Of a DNA stretch of 64,000 nucleotides, positions 40,988-54,506 are shown piece after piece. Made by a program: the position numbers and the translations under genes. The DNA lies in the NCBI GenBank assembly GCA_045545475.1, contig JAZQAZ010000047.1, positions 1 through 64,000 of the forward strand. The letters are read 5' to 3'. This DNA is from Clostridia bacterium. GTDB lineage: Bacteria; Bacillota; Clostridia; CAKSNL01; HGM11501. How positions within the stretch are numbered: position 1 is the first letter of the stretch; each line of letters opens with the position of its first letter. The notes under the pieces are model-generated. The model did not search any database and was not told the origin of the DNA. It worked only from the letters and a program-made list of their open reading frames with translations.

Positions 40988-42583
40988 ATGAAAACAGTGC
41001 TTTGTGCCGTAAATTCGGCGTATATCCATAAAAATCTTGCGGTGTTAAAGCTTTCGAAATATATTGGAGATAAGGTCAAAGTCAGGGAATTTAACGTGAA
41101 TTCTCCAAGGGATGTTATATATAATGAACTTTTAACGGAAAAAGCGGAAGTTTATTGCTTTTCCACTTACATATGGAATATTGAATGTATAAAAGCAATA
41201 GCTGAAAGACTTAAAAAGGCAACCGGAGCAGTAATTGTTTTTGGCGGACCCGAAGCAGGAGGAGACGCAGAGGGGCTTATACAAAGTTTCCCTTATATTG
41301 ATTATGTGATAAAGGGTGAGGGCGAGCTTGCCTTAGAACATCTTCTTGCTGTGCTTGAAAAGGGCGAAAAGCCAACTCTTCCCGGAATATATGATAAAAC
41401 CGGTGGAAGCGGAATAGCCCCTGCCTTGGAAGACGTACCTTTTTCATACGATGAAGCTGACATTTCAGTTAATGCAGGAAAGATCTTTTATTATGAAAGT
41501 TCCAGAGGCTGCTTTAACAAGTGTGCATACTGTGTATCGGGAAATGAAGATGTATGCCTTTATGATGAAGAAAAAGTAAAGGCAGAGCTTTCTCACATGG
41601 CATCGTTTAATCTTCCTTTAATAAAGCTTGTGGACAGAAGCTTTAATGCCTACGGAAAAAGAAGTGAAAGAATGCTTCGATTTTTATCGGAGGAAACGGG
41701 AGATACTTGCTTTCATCTGGAGGTTGCCCCTGACCTCTTTAATGAAGAAATGCTTGATATTATAAAAAATGCAAAAAAAGGAAAATTTCAGTTCGAAGCA
41801 GGAATTCAGTCATTAAATGAAGATACTTTATCGGCCATAGGAAGAATATGTAATAATGAAAAAGCACTTTCCAATCTAAAAAAAATAATATCTTACGGGA
41901 ATGTAAATGTTCACACAGATATTATTGCAGGACTTCCTATGGAAGATATGGAAAGCTTTATAAAAACTTTTAACGGTGTTTATGCCCTTAAGGCAAAAAG
42001 GATGGACGTTGGCTTTCTTAAGGTGCTTAAAGGAACTGTTATGGAAGAAATTGCCGAAAATTACGGTATTGTTTATGAAAGCGTACCGCCATATGAGGTA
42101 GTAAAAACGGATGCAATGACAGCGTTTGACTTATCTGAAATAAAAAAAGCACACCTTGCCTTAGATAGGATTTATAACAGCGGAGCTTTCAAAAACACCG
42201 TTTCGTCCCTTGAAAAAAATTACAATTCTTTCTTTGAAATGTATAAAACATTGGGTGGTATAATAGAGGAAGGAATGAGCCTGTCAAAAGTATTTTCAGT
42301 GCTTCTTTATAATTTTCCGCATCTTAAAAAAACGCTCATTATGGACTTTATGCTGTCGGGTGAAAAGAGAGTGCCGCACGGATTTGACAATATTTATATA
42401 GATAAGTTTTCCGAAAAGTGCATTTCGTTTCTGGCGGAAAACTGTGAAAGATACTTTCCCCATCTTTCACACCTTCATCCCGGTGCGGCTTTTAAGAAGC
42501 TTAAGTTTTATGCTTTTGCAGAAGGCATCTTTGTATCGGACAGAGAAGGTCAAAAAGTATTTGATATAACGGGCGAAATGTGA
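40988..42583 (+). CDS. B12-binding radical SAM protein
   Basis: YIHKNLA, FSTYIWN, GGPEA, YYESSRGCFNKCAYC, DIIAGLP. Confidence 0.88.
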   Translation: MKTVLCAVNSAYIHKNLAVLKLSKYIGDKVKVREFNVNSPRDVIYNELLTEKAEVYCFSTYIWNIECIKAIAERLKKATGAVIVFGGPEAGGDAEGLIQSFPYIDYVIKGEGELALEHLLAVLEKGEKPTLPGIYDKTGGSGIAPALEDVPFSYDEADISVNAGKIFYYESSRGCFNKCAYCVSGNEDVCLYDEEKVKAELSHMASFNLPLIKLVDRSFNAYGKRSERMLRFLSEETGDTCFHLEVAPDLFNEEMLDIIKNAKKGKFQFEAGIQSLNEDTLSAIGRICNNEKALSNLKKIISYGNVNVHTDIIAGLPMEDMESFIKTFNGVYALKAKRMDVGFLKVLKGTVMEEIAENYGIVYESVPPYEVVKTDAMTAFDLSEIKKAHLALDRIYNSGAFKNTVSSLEKNYNSFFEMYKTLGGIIEEGMSLSKVFSVLLYNFPHLKKTLIMDFMLSGEKRVPHGFDNIYIDKFSEKCISFLAENCERYFPHLSHLHPGAAFKKLKFYAFAEGIFVSDREGQKVFDITGEM

Positions 42584-42656
42584 GAAATTTATAAAGCTTA
42601 ATAAAAGTGCACGACGGCAAGTTTGCCGTTGGGCACTTTTTAGTTAGATGCATATT

Positions 42657-45548
<2,892 letters not shown>

Positions 45549-45656
45549 TTAATAATAATTTCCTTGAATTTTCCGATATAAATTATAAAAAGTATTAAAT
45601 TTTAGTTGATTTTATCTCGCTTTTAATATAATATAAAATAAAGGGGGCGTTGGATT

Positions 45657-46466
45657 ATGCATTATGATAATGAACCGCTTTTCAGGATAAGAAGAGATAA
45701 AGGCGTATACAGAATGCCTGAGCCGCATTTTCATGCTTACCACGAGCTGTATTTTTTAATCAGCGGAAAAACAAAATATTTTGTAAACGGCGAAATATTT
45801 ATGCTTTCGCCGGGGGATCTTATTTTTATTCCGAAGGGTGATTTTCATCAGACAAATTATCCTGATCCCGATAACATTGAACGTGTAACGATAGTTTTTA
45901 ATGATGAATTTTCGGGGGAGCAGTTTAAGTCTTATGTCGATATACTTTCCGCACACAAATATTTCAGAATCCCGAAAGACCGTATAAATTTATTTCACGG
46001 TCTTATAAGACAGATAGAAGCTGAAGAGTCAAATAAAGAGAAGGATTATATTAATATGGAAAAATTCTATCTCGGTCAGCTTTTAATTATGATTTTAAGA
46101 TACAGAGAAAAAGAGCAGACTGTAAAATTAAGCTATTCCTGTCAATTGGCACAGGATGCCGCAAAATATATAAATGCAAATTATAATAAGGAACTTACAT
46201 TGGAGTCTATGGCTGAAAAATATTCTGTAAATGCCGACTATTTTTCGAAAATTTTCAAAAAAGCAACCGGCGTGGGATTTTCAAAATATTTAAATGCAAC
46301 CCGTTTATCTGCGGCACAGGAGATGCTTGCAACAACAACTGCGAGCATAACGGATGTTGCGCTTGAATGCGGATTCAATGACAGCAACTATTTCATTCAG
46401 GTGTTTAAGAAAGTTCACGGTATGACACCGAAAAAATATTCGATGCAGTTTCGCCTAAAAAAATAA
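45657..46466 (+). CDS. AraC family regulator with cupin sensor
   Basis: HFHAYHELYF, SITDVALECGFNDSNYF..VFKK..GMTP; divergent from GH2. Confidence 0.9.
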   Translation: MHYDNEPLFRIRRDKGVYRMPEPHFHAYHELYFLISGKTKYFVNGEIFMLSPGDLIFIPKGDFHQTNYPDPDNIERVTIVFNDEFSGEQFKSYVDILSAHKYFRIPKDRINLFHGLIRQIEAEESNKEKDYINMEKFYLGQLLIMILRYREKEQTVKLSYSCQLAQDAAKYINANYNKELTLESMAEKYSVNADYFSKIFKKATGVGFSKYLNATRLSAAQEMLATTTASITDVALECGFNDSNYFIQVFKKVHGMTPKKYSMQFRLKK

Positions 46467-46544
46467 ATTGCTAAATTTTACATGATTAAAAAAGCCTCCT
46501 TTCGCACAAATTATTACTGTACAACGAAGCAGGAGGTGAAAAAC

Positions 46545-46736
46545 ATGACAAGAAATAAGAAGCTTGTACCTGAAGCAAAGGCTGCTCTTGATAAGTTCAA
46601 GATGGAATGTGCTTCTGAGGTTGGCGTAAACCTTAAGAACGGTTACAACGGCGATCTTACCGCTAAGGAAAACGGCAGCGTAGGCGGACAGATGGTTAAG
46701 AAGATGATTAAGTCCTACGAAGAAAACATGAAATAA
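46545..46736 (+). CDS. alpha/beta-type small acid-soluble spore protein
   Basis: VPEAKAALDKFKMECASEVGV, GSVGGQMVKKMI; AGGAGGTG RBS; terminator 46766-46790. Confidence 0.95.
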   Translation: MTRNKKLVPEAKAALDKFKMECASEVGVNLKNGYNGDLTAKENGSVGGQMVKKMIKSYEENMK

Positions 46737-46860
46737 GAATCTTCGTAAAATTTTTCATGAAAAATAAACGGTTGCGAAAGCAACCGTTTGTTTTTTGTTG
46801 ACGAAAGGTTATCTGAGTGGTAAAATAAAAAAAGAATATAACTCCTGTGGAGGTGGCACT

Positions 46861-48378
46861 ATGTATGATTTAATTATAAAAAACGGAAATATAGCAGACG
46901 GAAGCGGAAAGGCATCTTATGTAAGTGATATAGCAATATCGGATGGTGTGATAGTCTGCATTTCAGAAAATATAAAAGGCGAAAGCAAAGAGGCAATCGA
47001 CGCATCTGGACTTACCGTAACACCGGGATTTATCGATTCTCACAGCCATTCGGATTATGCGGTTTTTGATTATCCCGATATGATTGAAAAAGTTGAGCAG
47101 GGAATAACCACATCAATCGGCGGTCAGTGCGGAATGACTTTAGCTCCGAACGGAGTAAAGGGCGACAAACTTGAAACTTTCGGCACTATGGTAAACGCCG
47201 CAAAGGATATTCCTCTTGGCTCAAACCTTAAAAACTTTGTGGGACACAGTGCTTTAAGAATAACTGCCATGGGATATGAAAACAGAAGACCGACATCCTC
47301 CGAGCTTGAAACAATGAAGGTATATTTAAGAGAGGCTATGGAAAACGGAGCATTGGGACTTTCCTACGGCCTTATCTATACGCCGAGCTGTTATGCCGAA
47401 ACCGATGAGCTTATTTCTCTTGCTAAGGTAGTAAAAGAATATGACGGACTCCTTAGTGCCCATATAAGAAACGAGGGCTTTGAATTTATAGAGGCGGTGG
47501 AAGAATTTTTAACCGTAATTAAAGAAACAGGCGTAAAGGCGGTATTTTCCCACCACAAGAGTATGTATAAGCCTAACTGGGGTAAGGTTAATAAGTCCCT
47601 TGAAATGATTAAGGCTGCTACCCGGGAAGGCTATGACATATACATGGATGTTTATCCCTATGAGGCATCAAGCACAAGCCTTGCGGCAACGGTAATTGCC
47701 AAAGAATTCCGTGCACTTGACAATAAGGGTATTGCAAAAATGCTCAAGGACAAAGTTATGCAGGACAGAATAAAAGATGCATATATAAAAAGAAACGGTG
47801 ACAGTCTTTCAAATCTTTTGCTTGTTGAATGTCCCGCTTTTTCGGAATATGAAGGAATGAGAATTGACGAAATAGCAAAGCTTTTGGGAAAAGATGACTT
47901 TGAAGCTGCTTTTGATATTTTAATCGGCTCAAATGCCAATGCCAATATTTGCAATTTTAGTATGAGCGAAGATGATATTGAAACGGTGCTTAAATATGAA
48001 AGAGCTATGATATGCACTGACTCTTCCGTGGCAAAGGATGCTAAAACCTATCACCCGAGATTAAAGGCATCCTTTCCGAGATTTTTTGGGAAATACGTCA
48101 GAGAGCGACGGGTTGTTACTCTTGAAGAAGCGGTGAGAAAATGCACTTTTATGCCTGCTTTGGTTTACGGACTTGAAAATAAGGGTAAAATTGAAGCAGG
48201 GTTTGATGCAGATATATGTATTTTCGATGCGGAAAAAATTATTGATAAATCAAGTTATGTAAACTGCACCCAGCGATGCGAGGGACTCAAGTTTGTAATC
48301 ATAGGCGGAGAAGTTGTGGCAGAAAATGCAGTTTATAACGGAAAGAAAAGGGGACGCTTTATTCTTCATAAAAGATAA
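46861..48378 (+). CDS. N-acyl-D-amino-acid deacylase (amidohydrolase)
   Basis: PGFIDSHSHSD, QGITT...GQCG, HIRNE, SHHK, DVYPY, HPR. Confidence 0.88.
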   Translation: MYDLIIKNGNIADGSGKASYVSDIAISDGVIVCISENIKGESKEAIDASGLTVTPGFIDSHSHSDYAVFDYPDMIEKVEQGITTSIGGQCGMTLAPNGVKGDKLETFGTMVNAAKDIPLGSNLKNFVGHSALRITAMGYENRRPTSSELETMKVYLREAMENGALGLSYGLIYTPSCYAETDELISLAKVVKEYDGLLSAHIRNEGFEFIEAVEEFLTVIKETGVKAVFSHHKSMYKPNWGKVNKSLEMIKAATREGYDIYMDVYPYEASSTSLAATVIAKEFRALDNKGIAKMLKDKVMQDRIKDAYIKRNGDSLSNLLLVECPAFSEYEGMRIDEIAKLLGKDDFEAAFDILIGSNANANICNFSMSEDDIETVLKYERAMICTDSSVAKDAKTYHPRLKASFPRFFGKYVRERRVVTLEEAVRKCTFMPALVYGLENKGKIEAGFDADICIFDAEKIIDKSSYVNCTQRCEGLKFVIIGGEVVAENAVYNGKKRGRFILHKR

Positions 48379-48415
48379 TAAAAAGCTCTCAAGGCAACGC
48401 CTTGAGAGCTTTTTA

Positions 48416-49195
48416 TTATTTCAAGTAGTCCTTTAAGAAGTTTACGCTTGATTCCAAGCTTCTTAAAGCGTTTCCGCCTGCAAAGTTTGCATCCTGCTCA
48501 ATGATATAGTGAGAAACTCCTATTTCCTCGGCGGTCTTTAATATTCCTTCCCAGTAAAGGGTACCGTTTCCGACTTCGGTCATTGTGGCAAGAAACTTTC
48601 CGCCTTCGTTTCTGAGCATCATATCCTTTAAGTGGAGAATGTCGATTCTTCCGGCAAGTTTTTCCATCCAGTGACGGACATCGCCGCCGCCTGCCGCAAC
48701 CCAGCAGGTATCAAGCACGAAGCTTGTTGTCTCGGGATCAAGCCCTTCGTAGAGGTAGTCCATTAAAGTTCTTGTGCCGTCAATTCTCAGAAATTCAAAA
48801 TGATGGTTGTGATATGTAAGTTTATAGCCGTCCTTAGCATATTCTTTTGCAGCTGTGTTAAATTCCTTTATGAAGGAAAGTAAGTTTTCCTTGTTTTCCC
48901 TTGCAGGACCGGGCATTGCACCGATACCGATGTTTTTAGTACCCCAAAAATCATGAATCTTTTTTGTTTCTTCGGGGTTATTCAAAATTGCATTATAGTC
49001 ATAATGGCTTCCTATTACCTGCATATCATATTTTTTGCAGAGATTTCCCAGCAGTTCATAGGAGAAGGGCATGCCTGCTGTATGAAGCTCTTTTATTCCC
49101 ATTTCGTGAAGCTTTTTGAATGTGAGGTCAACATAGTCGTCACCCATAAAGAAATCTCTTACGGTGTATAACTGTAAACCGAGCTTTGTAAACAT
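48416..49195 (-). CDS. sugar phosphate isomerase/epimerase (TIM barrel)
   Basis: GLQLYTVR, YHNHHFEF, LDTCW, LHLKD, IIEQD. Confidence 0.88.
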   Translation of the reverse strand: MFTKLGLQLYTVRDFFMGDDYVDLTFKKLHEMGIKELHTAGMPFSYELLGNLCKKYDMQVIGSHYDYNAILNNPEETKKIHDFWGTKNIGIGAMPGPARENKENLLSFIKEFNTAAKEYAKDGYKLTYHNHHFEFLRIDGTRTLMDYLYEGLDPETTSFVLDTCWVAAGGGDVRHWMEKLAGRIDILHLKDMMLRNEGGKFLATMTEVGNGTLYWEGILKTAEEIGVSHYIIEQDANFAGGNALRSLESSVNFLKDYLK

Positions 49196-49334
49196 ATAAT
49201 CACTCCTTTTTAATGCTGTTTTAATTATAAAGCCTTTTTTTAGATTTTGCAAGATATTAATTTGCATATTGAATTTTTTTTGTTTTGGTTATATAATAAT
49301 ATAGATATATTATAATGAAAGAAGTTGGTTATTT

Positions 49335-50138
49335 ATGGCATTTAATCCTCCATGGAGAAATACATTCCCTCCACATAAAATTTTCGGCAACTTATATTTC
49401 TGCGGATCAAGAATTGCATCAAGCCACGTTGTTGATACGGGCGAGGGGCTTATTATGTTTGATACAGGTTACGGCTTTTGTTTATATCAGTTAATTGACG
49501 GGATGTACCGCCTGGGGCTTAATCCGTACGATATTAAATATATTTTCCACACTCACGGACATATCGACCATTTCGGAGGAACAAAAGCCCTGGTTGAAAT
49601 GTCGGGTGCAAAAACCGTAATCGGAGCAAAAGATGCTGATGCGGCAACGGGTGCACGTGACCTTTCCTATGCAAGAGAGCTGGATATGGAATATAACGAA
49701 AAGTTTACTCCCGATATTTTACTTAATGATGGTGATGAAATAACTCTTGGTAATACAACGGTAAAGGCAATGGCAACTCCCGGTCATACGGAGGGAGCAA
49801 TGAGCTATTTCTTTAATGTGACAGACGGGGTTGAAACTTACCGTGCAGGTCTTCAGGGCGGTATGGGAATGAACACATTGAGAAAAGAATATCTTGAAAA
49901 ATTCGGAATTCCTCTTTCAATCCGCGAGGATTATATAAAGGGAATGGACAGAATAAAGGCAGAACACGTTGACCTTCATATAGGTAATCATATGGGCGAT
50001 AATCACGCTCCCGAAAAATATGAAAAGCTTATGGCGGGAGACAAATATGCATTCATAAATCCTGATGACTGGGCAATTTCAATGGAAGAAGGCAAAAAAC
50101 GATTATACGATTTAATTGAAAAGGAAGAAGCAAAATGA
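49335..50138 (+). CDS. metallo-beta-lactamase-fold hydrolase resembling subclass B3
   Basis: PPHKIFGNLYFCG, THGHIDHFGG, TPGHTEG, DLHIGNH; no signal peptide. Confidence 0.8.
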   Translation: MAFNPPWRNTFPPHKIFGNLYFCGSRIASSHVVDTGEGLIMFDTGYGFCLYQLIDGMYRLGLNPYDIKYIFHTHGHIDHFGGTKALVEMSGAKTVIGAKDADAATGARDLSYARELDMEYNEKFTPDILLNDGDEITLGNTTVKAMATPGHTEGAMSYFFNVTDGVETYRAGLQGGMGMNTLRKEYLEKFGIPLSIREDYIKGMDRIKAEHVDLHIGNHMGDNHAPEKYEKLMAGDKYAFINPDDWAISMEEGKKRLYDLIEKEEAK

Positions 50139-51484
50139 CATATTCTGAATATTTATTAAAAATAAAGGATAAAAACGTCGGTTTTCTCGGCATAGGCAGA
50201 AGCAATATGCCCCTTATAAGAATGCTTGTAAAGGAAGGTGTTTCCGTAACCGTACGTGACGGAAAGGAGTCCGGAAGCTTTGGCGATATGGAAAATGAGC
50301 TTTTAAGTCTCGGTGTTAACGTGATAACCGGCGAGGACTATCTTAAAAACCTTGCCGTTCATGATGTAATTTACAAGACTCCCGGTATAAGAGGAGATAA
50401 ACCCGAAATTCTGGAAGCCGTTTCCCTCGGCACTATTCTTACAAGCGAAATGGAACTTTTCTTTGAGCTTTGCCCCTGCAAAATTTTTGCAGTAACAGGC
50501 TCTGACGGAAAGACCACCACGACTACTCTTATATATAAAATTTTGACTCAGGCGGGATACACATGTCATCTTGGAGGAAATATAGGAAGACCTTTAATCG
50601 GAGACATTGAAAAAATAAAACCGAATGATTTTGCGGTGGTGGAGCTTTCCAGTTTCCAGCTGTTTAATATGAAAAAGTCCGCAGACGTTGCGGTTATTAC
50701 AAATATTTCGGAAAATCATCTGGACTGGCACAAGGATTATGAAGAATATATTGATGCAAAGAAAAACGTATTTATTCATCAGGAAACAGATGATCTTGTG
50801 GTTTTGAATGAAGATAATTTCTACACAAGAGAAATGAAGGATGACAAGGACGGAAATGTGAAAACATTTTCTCTTACAACCGATGCAGATGTATGCCTGA
50901 AGGACGGATTTATTTATTCCGACGGCATCAGGATAATGAAAGCATCGGATATTAAAATCCCCGGTATTCATAATGTGGCAAACTATATGGCGGCAATTGC
51001 AGCAACCCATTTTTATGTTTCTCCCGAAGATATTGTGAATGTGGCGACGACCTTTGGCGGAGTGATGCACAGAAATGAGCTTGTTCGTGAAGTGGAAGGT
51101 GTTTCCTATTACAACGATTCTATTGCATCAAGTCCCACCAGAGCAATGGCGACATTGTCCTCCTTCGATGAAAAGGTAATTCTTATTGCCGGTGGCCGCA
51201 ATAAAGGGCTTAATTACCAGCCACTTGGCCCTGTGATTGCTGAAAAAGTCAAGCACCTTGTTTTGGTTGGAGAAACCAGCGATGATATAGAGGCGGCGGC
51301 AAAAAATGCAGGATTTTATTCAATCGAAAAAACTACAGATTTTGCTGAAGCTGTTATGATGGCAAAGAGAGCGGCAAAGCCGGGGGACAAGGTGGTGCTT
51401 TCGCCTGCGTCCACGAGCTTTGATAAGTTCCGTGATTTTGAAGAGCGCGGAAATACTTTCAAGGAAATAGTTAATTCGCTTTGA
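50135..51484 (+). CDS. murD: UDP-MurNAc-L-Ala--D-glutamate ligase
   Basis: VTGSDGKTTTT, GGNIG, ELSSFQL, NHLDWH, YYNDS, LSPASTSFD. Confidence 0.95.
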   Translation: MTYSEYLLKIKDKNVGFLGIGRSNMPLIRMLVKEGVSVTVRDGKESGSFGDMENELLSLGVNVITGEDYLKNLAVHDVIYKTPGIRGDKPEILEAVSLGTILTSEMELFFELCPCKIFAVTGSDGKTTTTTLIYKILTQAGYTCHLGGNIGRPLIGDIEKIKPNDFAVVELSSFQLFNMKKSADVAVITNISENHLDWHKDYEEYIDAKKNVFIHQETDDLVVLNEDNFYTREMKDDKDGNVKTFSLTTDADVCLKDGFIYSDGIRIMKASDIKIPGIHNVANYMAAIAATHFYVSPEDIVNVATTFGGVMHRNELVREVEGVSYYNDSIASSPTRAMATLSSFDEKVILIAGGRNKGLNYQPLGPVIAEKVKHLVLVGETSDDIEAAAKNAGFYSIEKTTDFAEAVMMAKRAAKPGDKVVLSPASTSFDKFRDFEERGNTFKEIVNSL

Positions 51485-51493
51485 GGTGAGAAA

Positions 51494-52498
51494 ATGGATT
51501 TGCTCAGAAAGCTTACAAGTGTCCGAGGCGTATCGGGGCATGAAAGTGCGGCAGGAGAGGTGTTTAAAGAGCTTTTATCTAAATACACCAAAGATATAAA
51601 AACCGATGCTTTGGGAAATATAACAGGAAAAATCTCCTCCGGAATTAAAAACGCAAAAAAACTTTTAATAGAGGCTCACATTGACGAACTGGGACTTATG
51701 ATAACAGGGGTAGAAGAACGCGGATTTTTGACCTTTACACCCATCGGAGGAACAGATATGAAAATTCTTCCGGGATGTGAGGTTACCGTTCACGGGAAAA
51801 AGGATATTTACGGCGTTATTGGTGCAAAGCCTCCACATCTTATAAAAGACGGAGAAGATAAGGGGCTTAACATAGATATTATGGCAATTGATACTGGGAT
51901 TTTCGACATAAAGGATTTTGTTTCCGTGGGGGATATTGCAACCTATAATGCAGGGTTTACACCTCTTTCCGGAGACTATGCGGCAGACCGTGCATTTGAC
52001 GACAGAGCGGGACTTGCTGTGTTGCTTAAGGCGTTGTCGATGATTGAAAAGCCTAAAATGGATGTATATGTGTCAGCTACTGTGGGAGAGGAACTTGGAA
52101 CACGTGGGGCAAGGTGTGTCGCATGGAATGTGAATCCCGATTATTCAATTTCTGTGGATGTAACGTTCGGAACTTCCGAAGGAAGCAGCGAGCAGAGCTT
52201 TGAGCTTTCAAAAGGACCTACGATTTGCATCAGTCCCAGCTTGTCCTTGGATTTTACGAAACAGCTTATGAAGCTTGCAGGGGAAAAGGAAATTTTATAT
52301 CAGACAGAAACCGAAGGGGGAAATACCGGCACTAACGCCTGGGCGGTGGCAAAAAATGCCGATAACTGCCGATGTGCCTTGGTCTCTATACCCATAAGAT
52401 ATATGCACTCGACCTGTGAAGTGATAAATATAAAGGACATAGAAAGTGCTGCAAAATTAATTGCTGCATTCTGCGAGGAGGGCGAGCTTGATGCTTAA
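51494..52498 (+). CDS. M42 family metallopeptidase (1 of 3)
   Basis: AHIDELG, FDDRAG, GEELG, RYMHS. Confidence 0.9.
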   Translation: MDLLRKLTSVRGVSGHESAAGEVFKELLSKYTKDIKTDALGNITGKISSGIKNAKKLLIEAHIDELGLMITGVEERGFLTFTPIGGTDMKILPGCEVTVHGKKDIYGVIGAKPPHLIKDGEDKGLNIDIMAIDTGIFDIKDFVSVGDIATYNAGFTPLSGDYAADRAFDDRAGLAVLLKALSMIEKPKMDVYVSATVGEELGTRGARCVAWNVNPDYSISVDVTFGTSEGSSEQSFELSKGPTICISPSLSLDFTKQLMKLAGEKEILYQTETEGGNTGTNAWAVAKNADNCRCALVSIPIRYMHSTCEVINIKDIESAAKLIAAFCEEGELDA

Positions 52499-53498
52499 AT
52501 TACTTACTGAAACAGACGGAGTATCAGGTTTCTGCTCGCCCATCAGAAAAGTGATACTGGACAACATTCCTGCAGGCGAAGTAACGGTTGATGCCCTGGG
52601 TAACATCATCGTATATAAAAAAGGAAAGTCTCAGGGAAAAAAGGTAATGTACTGTGCCCATATGGATGAGGTGGGCTTTATGGTTACCGGTATAACTGAT
52701 AAAGGATATATAAAATTCACAAGCTGCGGAGGAATCGACCCGCGTGTTATTGTTTCAAAGCGTGTGAGAATTGGTGAAAACAAGATTCCCGGCGTTATTG
52801 CGACAAAGGCTGTGCATTTGCAAAATGCCGATGAACGAAAAAAAGCAGCTGAAGAGAAAGGCCTTTCTGTAGATATTGGAGCATCCGATAAAGAGGAGGC
52901 AGAAAAGCTTGTGGCAATAGGAGACTATATTGCCTTTGATACAGACTTTTCGTACTTTGGCGATGACTCTATGAAGGGCAAGGCGTTGGATGACAGAGTC
53001 GGATGTGCCTGCCTTCTTAAAATGCTGGAAAAAGACTATCCTTATGATTTTTACGGCGTTTTTTCCACCTGCGAGGAAATAGGCGGAATCGGTGCAAGAG
53101 CGGCGGCTTCAAAAATAAGGCCGGATATGGCACTTGTTCTGGAAGGGACAACGGCATCAGATGTTTACGGATGCGAGGAAAGGGATTTTGTTACAAAACT
53201 CGGAAACGGCGTATGTATCCCTGTTCGTGACAGAAGCATGATAGCGAATCGCAAAATGGTGGAATTTTTGAAAAAATGTGCCTTTGAAGCAAATGTGAAA
53301 TGGCAATATAAATATGCGGCGACAGGCGGTACAGACGGTGGAGCAATTCATATAACCGGAGAAGGCATACCAACAGCGATATTGGCACTTCCATGCCGAT
53401 ATATTCATTCACCGGTCAGTGTGGCAAGCGTCAGCGACTACGAGGCGATGGTGAAACTTTCCGTAACTTTTGCGGAGAGAGCAATGGAAATATTATAA
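52491..53498 (+). CDS. M42 family metallopeptidase (2 of 3)
   Basis: AHMDEVG, LDDRVG, CEEIG, GGTDG, RYIHS. Confidence 0.9.
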   Translation: MLKLLTETDGVSGFCSPIRKVILDNIPAGEVTVDALGNIIVYKKGKSQGKKVMYCAHMDEVGFMVTGITDKGYIKFTSCGGIDPRVIVSKRVRIGENKIPGVIATKAVHLQNADERKKAAEEKGLSVDIGASDKEEAEKLVAIGDYIAFDTDFSYFGDDSMKGKALDDRVGCACLLKMLEKDYPYDFYGVFSTCEEIGGIGARAAASKIRPDMALVLEGTTASDVYGCEERDFVTKLGNGVCIPVRDRSMIANRKMVEFLKKCAFEANVKWQYKYAATGGTDGGAIHITGEGIPTAILALPCRYIHSPVSVASVSDYEAMVKLSVTFAERAMEIL

Positions 53499-53513
53499 TG
53501 GGAGGAACTTTTT

Positions 53514-54488
53514 ATGGAGCTACTTAAAAAACTTTGCGAAGCCTTTGGCCCTTCGGGATGCGAAACTGAAATTTCGGCCGTTATCGAAGAGGAGATGAGG
53601 CCTTATGCAGACGAAATATATTCTGATAACTTAGGAAACCTTATTTGCCATAAAAAGGGCACCGGTAAAAAGATAATGTATGCCGCTCATATGGACGAAA
53701 TAGGACTTATGGTCACGTTTATTGAAAAGACCGGTTACCTTCGCTGTGCACAAATCGGATACCTTCCGCCACATCTTTCGCTAAACCGTTTTGTAAAGTT
53801 TGAAAACGGCACTGTTGGAGTTGTGGCATATGAAAAGGAACATGAGGCAAATCTCCGTCAGGAAAAAGTGTTTATAGATATCGGAGCGAAGTCAAGAGAA
53901 GAAGCAGAAGAAAAGGTTTCTGTGGGTGATACCTGTAGCTTAATGTCTCACTTTACCGTAATGGGTGATAAGGTTTCGTCAAAAACTCTTGATAACAGAG
54001 CGTCATGCTATGCATTAATCCGTGCGGCAAAGGAAATTAAAACAGATAATGACATTTATTATGTATTTACAACCCAGGAGGAGGTAGGCCTTCGGGGAGC
54101 CGGCCCTGCTGCATTTAAAATAGAACCAGATTATGCGATATGTATTGATGTGACAATGAATGGGGATACTCCGGAATGCAACAAAAATTCCCTGCGTCTT
54201 GGTGGTGGTACGGCAATTAAGGTTATGGATCACTCAGTAATTACGGGGATTGAAGTAAGGAATAAGTTGATTTCACTTGCTAAAGAAAATGGTATAGCCT
54301 ATCAGATGGAAGTAATAACCGGGGGAGGAACAGATGCCGGAGCGATACATACCGTAAAGGGTGGTGTATTAACGGGAGCTGTTTCGATTCCCATGAGATA
54401 CATTCATTCGGCAACGGAAATGGCTGACAAAGGCGATATCGAAAATACGGTGAAGCTTATAACGGCTTTTGCCGAAACAACACTATAA
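53514..54488 (+). CDS. M42 family metallopeptidase (3 of 3)
   Basis: AHMDEIG, LDNRAS, QEEVG, GGTDAG, RYIHS. Confidence 0.9.
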   Translation: MELLKKLCEAFGPSGCETEISAVIEEEMRPYADEIYSDNLGNLICHKKGTGKKIMYAAHMDEIGLMVTFIEKTGYLRCAQIGYLPPHLSLNRFVKFENGTVGVVAYEKEHEANLRQEKVFIDIGAKSREEAEEKVSVGDTCSLMSHFTVMGDKVSSKTLDNRASCYALIRAAKEIKTDNDIYYVFTTQEEVGLRGAGPAAFKIEPDYAICIDVTMNGDTPECNKNSLRLGGGTAIKVMDHSVITGIEVRNKLISLAKENGIAYQMEVITGGGTDAGAIHTVKGGVLTGAVSIPMRYIHSATEMADKGDIENTVKLITAFAETTL

Positions 54489-54506
54489 ACGTAAAGGAGA
54501 AATACA

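Noticed and set aside
40988-42583. Radical SAM enzymes (this one and 766..1650) as maturases for the YxxP peptide
   Set aside because: They are distant, show no RRE or SPASM motifs, and sit in unrelated operons.
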